Assembly (NCBI GenBank): GCA_031459535.1
Contig: JAVKIJ010000096.1
Coordinates: 1-10,413 of the forward strand
DNA: 10,413 nt
Source: Candidatus Fervidifonticultor quintus
GTDB lineage: Bacteria > Sysuimicrobiota > Sysuimicrobiia > Sysuimicrobiales > Humicultoraceae
Direction: 5' to 3'
A model generated the notes under the pieces. It had not been told where the DNA came from. It saw nothing but the letters and a program-made list of their open reading frames with translations, and did no database searches. Made by a program: the position numbers and the translations under genes. Of this stretch, positions 1-6,662 are shown piece by piece. Numbering within the stretch: position 1 is the stretch's first letter; every line of letters starts with the position of its first letter.

Positions 1-1015
1 CGATCGGGCCACCGACTGGCTTGATCAGAACTCCGCCGGCACCGGTCCGTACGTCCTCAAGAAGTGGACCCGCGGCGTCGAGGTGGTGCTGGAGCGCAAC
101 CCCAACTACTGGCGCCGTCCCGCGTCCTTTGCCCGCATCGTGATCCGCGACATTCCCGACCCGGCCACGCAGCTCGAGCAGGTCGAGCGCGGCGACGTGG
201 CGATCGCGGAGAGCCTGGACGCCGACCTGACGGCGCGTTTCCGGCGGTCGGCCAAGGGGCAGGTCGTCGAGGGCAATACCCTGGACATGATCTACCTGGC
301 CATGACCACCAGCCCGCAGGTCTCATCGGCGCTGGCCGAGCGCAAGTTGCGGCAGGCCGTGATGTACGCCATTGACTACGATGGCATCATCAAGGGGCTG
401 ATGCGCGGCGCCGCGGTGCAGCTCCCAACGGTGATCCCGGTGGGCCTGTTGGGCAGCGATCCCGCGCTGGCGCCCAAGCGCGACTTGGCCCGCGCCAGAC
501 AGCTGCTGGCCGAGGCTGGCTATCCCAACGGTTTCAGCGTCAAGATGGTCTACCCGACCCGCGTGCTGGTCGGCGGGTTGTCGGCAGAGACCCTGGTCAC
601 CAAACTGCAGGCCGACCTGGCCAAGGTGGGCGTCCAGCTCGGGCTCGAGCCGCGCGAGGCCGTTGCCTGGCGCGCCGACTACCGCGCCGGCAAACTGGCC
701 ATCACCATCGCCGACTGGACGCCCGACTTCCCGGACACCCACGGGTGGGCCGTGCCGTTCGCGGTGAAGGGCGCCGCTGCCGCGCGCCGCGTGCACTACG
801 ACAACCCAAGGGCGGCGCAGCTGGCCATCGAGGCTGGCCGCATCACCGACCCGGCCAGGCGCGCGCAGATGTACCGCGAGCTGCAGCAGATCTTCAATAC
901 CGACGCGGCGTATGTGGGCCTGATCCAACCCAAGGTGAACCTGGCCGTGGGTCCGGGCGTGGCGGGGGTCATCTATAACCCGGTCTACTTCCTGGACTAT
1001 TACTACGTGCGCTAG
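1..1015 (+). CDS. ABC transporter substrate-binding protein, family 5 (Dpp/Ddp/Opp-like), 5'-truncated by the window edge
   Basis: Frame is open from base 2 (DRATDWLDQNSAGTGPYVLKKWTRGVEVVLERNPNYW), so the ORF-track start at 83 is internal. Family-5 hallmarks: GTGPY, ERNPNYW, LRQAVMYAID, ARQLLAEAGYPNGF. TAG at 1013-1015. Followed by two cognate permeases. Confidence 0.95.
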   Translation, partial: DRATDWLDQNSAGTGPYVLKKWTRGVEVVLERNPNYWRRPASFARIVIRDIPDPATQLEQVERGDVAIAESLDADLTARFRRSAKGQVVEGNTLDMIYLAMTTSPQVSSALAERKLRQAVMYAIDYDGIIKGLMRGAAVQLPTVIPVGLLGSDPALAPKRDLARARQLLAEAGYPNGFSVKMVYPTRVLVGGLSAETLVTKLQADLAKVGVQLGLEPREAVAWRADYRAGKLAITIADWTPDFPDTHGWAVPFAVKGAAAARRVHYDNPRAAQLAIEAGRITDPARRAQMYRELQQIFNTDAAYVGLIQPKVNLAVGPGVAGVIYNPVYFLDYYYVR

Positions 1016-1016
1016 C

Positions 1017-1038
1017 GACGGCGCGGCCTTGCGCCGTT
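1017..1038 (+). terminator. Intercistronic stem-loop after the binding-protein gene (mRNA-stabilising or partial terminator)
   Basis: GACGGCGCG-gcct-TGCGCCGTT: 9-bp stem with two G-U pairs, starting 1 nt after the stop codon; no strong U-tract. Confidence 0.55.
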
Positions 1039-1068
1039 ACCTCATGGTGTGGCGAGGGCTCGGGACGG

Positions 1069-2091
1069 TTGACGGACTTCTGGCGCTTCATCGCACGCCG
1101 GGCGATCGTCACCGTCCCGGTGCTCTTCCTCATCGTGGTCCTCGGCTTCGTCCTCACCTACTTGATTCCGGCTGACCCGCTGGCCATGGTGCTGTCCGAA
1201 CGGGCCATGGCCAATCCCGAGATCGTCCGGGCCTACCGCGAGCGGTGGGGGCTGGACGCGCCGGCGCCGGTCCGGTTCCTGCGCTACCTGGGCAACCTGG
1301 CCCGTGGCGACCTGGGCACCTCCATCGCCACCCAGCAACCTGTGATCGAGGACCTGAAGCAGTTCATCCCGGCGACGGTGGAGCTGGCCCTGGCCGCCAT
1401 GGTGGTGGCCGTGGTCATCGGCGTGCCGCTAGGCGTGATCGCCGCTACAAGCCGGGAGCGGTGGCCCGACCACGCGGCCCGCGTGGGGTCCCTGGTCGGC
1501 GTCTCGATGCCGGTGTTCTGGCTCGGCCTGCTGGCGCTGGCGGTCTTCTACTACCGCCTCCACGTGGCGCCGGGGCCCGGGCGCATCGACCCGCACCTGG
1601 CTACGCCGCCCCTGGTGACCGGTCTCCTCCTTGTGGACAGCACGCTGGCCGGACGCTGGGACGCCTTCGCCGACGCCCTTCACCATCTGGCACTGCCGGC
1701 CCTGGTGCTGGGCGCCTACGTGATGGGGGTGATCACGCGCGTGACGCGCTCCAGCGTACTCGAGGTGCTGGCCGAGGACTACATCCGTACGGCCCGCGCT
1801 AAGGGGCTTGGGGAACGGCTGGTGATCCTGCGCCATGCGCTGCGCAACGCGCTCATCCCCACGGTGACCGTGGTCGGCCTGGCCTTCGGCAACCTGATGG
1901 CGGGCGCGGTTATGACCGAGACCATCTTCGCCTGGCCCGGCATCGGGCGCTACGCCGTCGACGCGGCCAGCAAGCTCGACTTTCCGGCGATCATGGGCGT
2001 CACACTGTTCGTGGCCCTGGTGTACGTGACAATCAACTTCGCCGTGGATGTCGCCTACGGCGTGATGGACCCCCGCATCCGGCTGCAGTAG
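1069..2091 (+). CDS. dppB: Peptide/nickel ABC transporter permease 1 (DppB/DdpB/OppB family)
   Basis: 340 aa, TTG start. Motifs LIPADP, GDLGTS, PATVEL, PVFWLG, EAA loop EDYIRTARAKGL, HALRNALIP, ETIFAWPGIG, DPRIR. Multiple TM segments. Confidence 0.95.
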   Translation: MTDFWRFIARRAIVTVPVLFLIVVLGFVLTYLIPADPLAMVLSERAMANPEIVRAYRERWGLDAPAPVRFLRYLGNLARGDLGTSIATQQPVIEDLKQFIPATVELALAAMVVAVVIGVPLGVIAATSRERWPDHAARVGSLVGVSMPVFWLGLLALAVFYYRLHVAPGPGRIDPHLATPPLVTGLLLVDSTLAGRWDAFADALHHLALPALVLGAYVMGVITRVTRSSVLEVLAEDYIRTARAKGLGERLVILRHALRNALIPTVTVVGLAFGNLMAGAVMTETIFAWPGIGRYAVDAASKLDFPAIMGVTLFVALVYVTINFAVDVAYGVMDPRIRLQ

Positions 2092-2094
2092 CCC

Positions 2095-2928
2095 ATGACC
2101 AGACGCCTGCGCCGCAGCCGTGCCGCCCAGTTCGGGGTGCTGATGGTCCTGCTCTGGACGCTGGCGGCCGTCCTCGCGCCGCACCTGGCGCCGCACTCGC
2201 CCATCGAGCAGCACCTGGAAGACCGGCTCTCGCCGCCGTCGGCCCGCTACCTCTTCGGCACTGACGAACTGGGCCGCGACGTGTTCAGCCGCGTGCTCTA
2301 CGGCGCTCGGCTCTCGATTCCCACGGCGTTTGTGGTGGTCGCCGTGACCTCGGCGCTGGGAACCGCGCTCGGGGTCATCTCCGGATTCGCTGGCGGCCTG
2401 GTGGACGAGACGATCATGCGCATCAGTGACGCGGTGCTGGCCTTTCCCAGTCTGATTCTGGCCATGGCGATCACCACAGCCTTGGGGCCTGGCCTGCTCA
2501 ACGCCCTGCTGGCGATCGTGCTGGTGCTCTGGCCGGAGTACGCCCGGATCATCCGAGGCCAGGTGCTGGGCATCCGCGAGACCGAGTACGTAACCGCGGC
2601 CCGGGCCATCGGTGTCCCCGACGGCCGCATCCTGTGGCGGCACATTCTGCCCAACACCCTATCGCTGACCCTGGTGAAGGCCAGCCTGGATGTGGGCAAC
2701 GTGATCATCATCGCCGCCGCACTGTCGTTCGTGGGATTGGGCGCGGTGCCCCCGACGCCCGAGTGGGGCGCTATGGTGGCCGCGGGACGCCAGAAGTTCT
2801 TCGAGTGGTGGGTTGGAACGTTCCCGGGACTGGCGATCTTCACGGTGGTGATGGGGTTCAACTTCCTGGGTGATGGGCTGCGGGACCTGCTGGACGCTCG
2901 GCTGCGCCGGATGGTGGCCGCGGAGTAG
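2095..2928 (+). CDS. dppC: Peptide/nickel ABC transporter permease 2 (DppC/DdpC/OppC family)
   Basis: 277 aa, starts 3 nt after the previous stop. Motifs FGTDELGRDVFSRVLYGARLS, EAA loop EYVTAARAIG, HILPN, LSFVGLG, PTPEWGAMV, FNFLGDGLRDLLD. Confidence 0.95.
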   Translation: MTRRLRRSRAAQFGVLMVLLWTLAAVLAPHLAPHSPIEQHLEDRLSPPSARYLFGTDELGRDVFSRVLYGARLSIPTAFVVVAVTSALGTALGVISGFAGGLVDETIMRISDAVLAFPSLILAMAITTALGPGLLNALLAIVLVLWPEYARIIRGQVLGIRETEYVTAARAIGVPDGRILWRHILPNTLSLTLVKASLDVGNVIIIAAALSFVGLGAVPPTPEWGAMVAAGRQKFFEWWVGTFPGLAIFTVVMGFNFLGDGLRDLLDARLRRMVAAE

Positions 2929-2942
2929 CGCAGATCTGGGAA

Positions 2943-2969
2943 GGACTGAGACGCGCCGGCTTTGGGCAC
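2943..2969 (+). promoter_or_regulatory. Putative SigB/SigF-type promoter of the riboswitch-pilin transcript
   Basis: GGACT-N16-GGGCAC, ending 23 nt upstream of the riboswitch P1 stem. The same bipartite motif occurs at 6610 and 8174. Confidence 0.5.
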
Positions 2970-2992
2970 ATGATGAGAGAGGCAGAACAGAT

Positions 2993-3089
2993 TGAAGGCC
3001 TCCGACAGTGGCAAACCCGGAGCGATCCGGGGGCGCAAAGCTCCGGGGCCCGTCAGTGCGGGCTGGCTGAGCTGCCGAAGAGGGCTTCA
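2993..3089 (+). ncRNA. c-di-GMP-I (GEMM-I) riboswitch aptamer
   Basis: Conserved GEMM elements in order: GGCAAAC (3010-3016); P2 CCGGA-GCGA-TCCGG with a GNRA tetraloop; GCGCAAAGC (3033-3041); P3 GCTC(C)GG/CTGAGC plus GGCCCG-tcagtg-CGGGCT with bulged GG; 3' TGCCGAA (3073-3079). P1 is TGAAGGCCTC (2993-3002) pairing with GAGGGCTTCA (3080-3089), one mismatch. Confidence 0.92.
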
Positions 3090-3113
3090 CGAACCGTGGA
3101 GCCCTCTTGTCAT
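3078..3113 (+). terminator. Riboswitch expression platform: terminator-like hairpin mutually exclusive with P1
   Basis: AAGAGGGCTTCACG-aac-CGTGGAGCCCTCTT: 14-bp stem with one G-U pair, ending in the imperfect T-rich tail TCTTGTCAT. Its left arm contains the 3' strand of P1. Confidence 0.75.
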
Positions 3114-3128
3114 GGATGGGGTGGCCCG

Positions 3129-3623
3129 GTGAGCGCAGTGAGCAGACCGCAACTTGGTGTTCGGCGATGCGCAGGCCGCGGCTACACCGTCCTCGAGCTC
3201 GCGGTTGTGGTAGGCTTGCTGGCGATCCTGCTCATCCTGGCCCTGCCGATCTGGCAGGGGGCCATTCGTGAGCGCCGGGTGGTCAGAGTTGCGGAAGAGA
3301 TCGCCGGCGTCCTTCGTTTTGCACAACAGGCGGCCGTGGCGGACGCACAGCAGTCCTGCGGCTACCGGGTGGAGGTGTCTGCATCCAGCGCGGTCGTGCG
3401 TCGAATTCCGCGGGCGGCCGATGGTAGTTGCGATGCCCCTGGCGCGTCAGTTCGGCGCACAGACGATTATCCTGAGGGCGTGACCGTGGTTCCGGCAAGC
3501 GTGGACTTCAGCAGCGCAGGAAGCGCGACGAGCGCCGCCATCAGTGTGTCGGCTGGCGACCGGGTCAGGTACGTGCGCGTGCACGCCGCCACCGGCCGCG
3601 TGGAGGTGAGCCCGACCCCGTGA
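3129..3623 (+). CDS. Type IV minor pilin/pseudopilin, FimT/FimU/GspH-like
   Basis: Class III signal RG|YTVLELAVVVGLLAILLILALP (G-1, E+5), then helix EEIAGVLRFAQQAA and C-terminal VDFSSAG...VHAATGRV typical of FimT/GspH. Start is probably GTG 3129 or 3138. The ORF-track start at 2970 runs through the riboswitch. Confidence 0.85.
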   Translation: MSAVSRPQLGVRRCAGRGYTVLELAVVVGLLAILLILALPIWQGAIRERRVVRVAEEIAGVLRFAQQAAVADAQQSCGYRVEVSASSAVVRRIPRAADGSCDAPGASVRRTDDYPEGVTVVPASVDFSSAGSATSAAISVSAGDRVRYVRVHAATGRVEVSPTP

Positions 3624-4168
3624 TGCCCACGTCAGGCAGGCATGCAGGGCTCACGCTCCTCGAAATCCTCGTGGCCATCTTCCTGGTGTCCATCGTGGCA
3701 CTGGCCAGCGGCGTGCTGATCCGCTCGCTGGGATTGCTGGGGAGCACGCAGTTCTCCCCCACGCGGCACGAACGGCCTGCCCGGCTTCGGACGCAGGCCA
3801 TAGAGTACGTCCAGGCGGAGCTGGAGTTCCTGCGGAATGCGGGCTATCTGCTGCTCCGAGACAACACGGTCTGCCTTCCCGGCGATCCGACGTCGCCGTA
3901 CCCGGCGCAGAGGCGCATAGATCTCAGGATGCCCACTCCCGGCTACGTGTCGGCCGGGGAACCCAGGCTGCCGGCAGTCTTCGAGGCAGCCGACATCCTG
4001 ATCAGCACCGAATCGGTCAGAGACTACGTGGCGGCTCCGCCCGCGGGTCAGGACTGCCGGCCACGCCGCATCACGATTCGTGTATTCCTGCCCGGCGACA
4101 CCCCCGCTGCGATCGGCGGAAGCGGTGAGATCTTCGCCCGCGGGGAGTCCGAGATCTCGCCGCGGTAG
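3620..4168 (+). CDS. Type IV minor pilin, PilV/GspI-like
   Basis: AG|LTLLEILVAIFLVSIVALA prepilin motif and QAIEYVQAELEFLR helix. GTGA overlap with the upstream stop. Two Cys. Confidence 0.85.
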   Translation: MMPTSGRHAGLTLLEILVAIFLVSIVALASGVLIRSLGLLGSTQFSPTRHERPARLRTQAIEYVQAELEFLRNAGYLLLRDNTVCLPGDPTSPYPAQRRIDLRMPTPGYVSAGEPRLPAVFEAADILISTESVRDYVAAPPAGQDCRPRRITIRVFLPGDTPAAIGGSGEIFARGESEISPR

Positions 4169-4186
4169 GGTCGAGGGGATGGGCCC

Positions 4187-4813
4187 ATGCTGACTGGAGG
4201 CCGTCGCCCGCACCAGGACGGGTTCACGGTGCTGGAGGTGTTGCTGGCGCTGGCGCTGTTCGGGACGGTCCTGGTGTCTGCCTGGGCGGTGTTCTCTTCT
4301 TACTTCAAGGCGTTCAATGTGGGAAGAGACTTCGCCGACGAGCACCAGAACGCCAGGGCCACGCTGGAATGGATCACGCGCCGCGCGAGGATGGCGCAGA
4401 TCGCTGCGCAGAGCTCCGCGACACCGCTACCCCTGGACGCCCTCAACATCGTCGCAGACCTCGATAGAGACGGCACGCAGGAGCAATACCGATTCTGCCT
4501 GGATGTGGCCGAAGGCGTCATCAGACAGCAGCGGGTCAGCCCGGCCGGATCGGCACCGCCAGCGACCTGCACATTCGGCGACCCGCTCACCTCGCGTGGA
4601 GTGCGGCCGCTACGCGTCATCGCCCTGGAGTTCGGATACTACTCCGGAGCGGACGAGGCGCCTCCGGTGCCTCCAGGTGTTGGGGCAGGCGGTATCGTTC
4701 CCGGGGTCGGCCGCGTGCAGATCACGATGGTGCTCGACTCGAACCGTTCGGGCGTGCGGGATGGCGGCGATCTGACCCTGGTGAGCAACGCCGCCATCAG
4801 GAACAGGGAGTGA
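4187..4813 (+). CDS. Type IV minor pilin, PilW/GspJ-like
   Basis: DG|FTVLEVLLALALFGTVLVSA prepilin motif, QNARATLEWITRRARMA helix and C-terminal AIRN typical of PilW-like proteins. RBS-like GAGGGG at 4173-4178. Confidence 0.88.
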   Translation: MLTGGRRPHQDGFTVLEVLLALALFGTVLVSAWAVFSSYFKAFNVGRDFADEHQNARATLEWITRRARMAQIAAQSSATPLPLDALNIVADLDRDGTQEQYRFCLDVAEGVIRQQRVSPAGSAPPATCTFGDPLTSRGVRPLRVIALEFGYYSGADEAPPVPPGVGAGGIVPGVGRVQITMVLDSNRSGVRDGGDLTLVSNAAIRNRE

Positions 4814-4841
4814 GGGTAATCCCGCGAGGGGGTAGGATCAG

Positions 4842-6575
4842 GTGAGGACTATGGGAAGGGTGAAGGGAGCTCCCGGTCACGGCGAAGCCGGTGTCGCCCT
4901 GGGGATTACGCTGGCCTTCGTCCTGCTCACCGTGCTCATCACGGCGGCGCTGGTGGCTCTCGTCGTCAACGAATACCAGACGGCAGGCGTCTCAGAGCAG
5001 TCCCGCCAGGCGATCCAGATCGCAGAGGCCGCCATCGAGCGCGCCGTCTTCGAGCTCAAGCGCGATGCGGACTGGACCGACACCGGCCCTTCGGCCGAAG
5101 CCACCTCGGCGCATCCGGCGTCGGCATCGGACACGACCACGTGGTACTTCCTCGACCTGGATCCGTCGTCGGCGTCTGCGCTCATGCAGAACGTGGACTT
5201 TCCCGCCGGCGCCCCCGTGGGCCAGGTGTCCGTCGAACTGCGCAACGTCAGCTCGACTGAGACGCCAGAGTTCCTCTGTGCCCCCGAGAACTGCATCGCC
5301 GTCAGGGCCACCAGCCGCGTGGGGAGCCGGGCTTCGAAACGGGTAGAGGTGATCCTGCAGCGGCTGTCGTCCGATCTGTTCCCGGTCTACTCCGACAACG
5401 CCGTCAACGTGGGCGCCGGCGGGGGCGGCAACGGCGAATTCAGGCTCCACGGCAGTTTCTACGTGGCCAGGTGCTCCACCCTGAGGGTCAGCGGGCGAGA
5501 CTACTGCGTGGGCCTCAACATGCAGGGCAACGGCGCCATTCTCAACGACAGGCCGTTCTTCGGTGATGCGCCCTCGCCGCCGTACAAGAACCGGGTCTAC
5601 ATTCACGGGTACGTCACCGGGCAGGGCAACTCGTGGACGATCGGGACGCCGACGGCCCCCATGTGGGCAGTGGCCTCCACCGGGATCCTGCCGGCTGGCC
5701 AGGACCAGATCTTTGCGCTGCAGCGCCATACCGATGTCCCGATCATTCCCTTTCCCGACCCGTCTGTTGAGATCAGCCAGGCGGCTACCCTGCGGGTCAA
5801 CGGCATGACCGCGTATACCTGCGGCAACAGCGGCGGCTGCACATCGGCCCAGTGGGTCCCCGTCTCACTGAGCAGCGCCGGCCAGGTGCTCGAGTTCCGC
5901 AGCGGGTCAAAGCTCGTCATCCCTGACGCGGCGGGCGGGCCGGCGTGCAACGCCAGCAGCGAGGCGGCCACCCGCTGCAACGCCGCCGGGGCTACGAACG
6001 TGGCCGGGACGGGGAACTTCACCGTGGTCTTCAACGGGTTTGCCAGCGCCGGGACAGCGAATCTCTTCGCCCAGGACGGCGCCTACATCCATACGCTCGC
6101 CAAGGTGCTGATCACCGCCGACGTGCGCTACGACGGGCGGGCTACGTTCCTCGTCGAGTGCCTGTCAACGGGCCCGACGACATGTGCCAATACCGACTCG
6201 GTGGAAATCAGGGCCTCGGTGACACCCTTGTGCAAGATGAGCAGCACGACCTGCACGTCCACCTTCCAGACGGGCGACGCCCTGGCGTTCTTCGTGGGGC
6301 CCAACGATCCCCTGGCAGCGCTGACGACTCGGGGTGTCTATGTGCGAGGGGCGAACATCGAGCTCAACCTGATCATCAAGTCCCACAACAGGTTGAAGAA
6401 CGACAACCCTCAGACGTGGTACGGTATGTTCCTCGCCGGCCAGCTGGACTTCGACAACAACCCCGAGATCTTCGCGGCCAACTTCCCCGACCGCGCCCAC
6501 TGCCCCCCTGGCGCCTGCACCGGCACCCAGCGATTCGCTCTGGTGCGCATCCTCCGGTGGCAGGAGGTGTTCTGA
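4842..6575 (+). CDS. Large PilX/GspK-position minor pilin (PilX N-terminal domain plus Cys-pair-rich C-terminal region); probable pilus-tip protein
   Basis: EAG|VALGITLAFVLLTVLITAALV has no Glu+5, as expected for PilX/GspK. QAIQIAEAAIERA matches the PilX-N motif. C-terminus ILRWQEVF. 14 Cys. Start could be GTG 4842, ATG 4851 or GTG 4860. Confidence 0.85.
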   Translation: MRTMGRVKGAPGHGEAGVALGITLAFVLLTVLITAALVALVVNEYQTAGVSEQSRQAIQIAEAAIERAVFELKRDADWTDTGPSAEATSAHPASASDTTTWYFLDLDPSSASALMQNVDFPAGAPVGQVSVELRNVSSTETPEFLCAPENCIAVRATSRVGSRASKRVEVILQRLSSDLFPVYSDNAVNVGAGGGGNGEFRLHGSFYVARCSTLRVSGRDYCVGLNMQGNGAILNDRPFFGDAPSPPYKNRVYIHGYVTGQGNSWTIGTPTAPMWAVASTGILPAGQDQIFALQRHTDVPIIPFPDPSVEISQAATLRVNGMTAYTCGNSGGCTSAQWVPVSLSSAGQVLEFRSGSKLVIPDAAGGPACNASSEAATRCNAAGATNVAGTGNFTVVFNGFASAGTANLFAQDGAYIHTLAKVLITADVRYDGRATFLVECLSTGPTTCANTDSVEIRASVTPLCKMSSTTCTSTFQTGDALAFFVGPNDPLAALTTRGVYVRGANIELNLIIKSHNRLKNDNPQTWYGMFLAGQLDFDNNPEIFAANFPDRAHCPPGACTGTQRFALVRILRWQEVF

Positions 6576-6609
6576 GGCAGCACGAGGCTCCCCATCCTTA
6601 CTTAAGCGA

Positions 6610-6636
6610 GGTCTACGCCGCGCGCGACCGGGGTAC
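6610..6636 (+). promoter_or_regulatory. Putative SigB/SigF-type promoter of the sigma gene (autoregulation)
   Basis: GGTCT-N16-GGGTAC, followed by RBS GGAGGTG (6649-6655) and ATG 6663. GGGTAY is the typical -10 element of SigB/SigF-family sigmas. Confidence 0.55.
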
Positions 6637-6662
6637 TGAAGTAGTAGCGGAGGTGCCATCTG

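Noticed and set aside
1429-2643. 404-aa minus-strand ORF, plus other long antisense or alternate-frame ORFs (3632-4345, 4992-5729, 5945-6853, 6165-7451, 9146-10216)
   Set aside because: Shadow ORFs of high-GC coding sequence. They overlap well-supported + strand genes and show no recognisable motifs.
2970-3128. N-terminal extension of the first pilin (ORF-track start ATG 2970)
   Set aside because: It runs through the riboswitch aptamer and terminator and would give an implausible leader of about 70 aa. GTG 3129 or 3138 gives a normal prepilin leader.
4814-4819. GGGTAA before the PilX-like gene as a fourth sigma promoter
   Set aside because: No GGWCT-like -35 element 15-16 nt upstream; a -10 hexamer alone is not enough.
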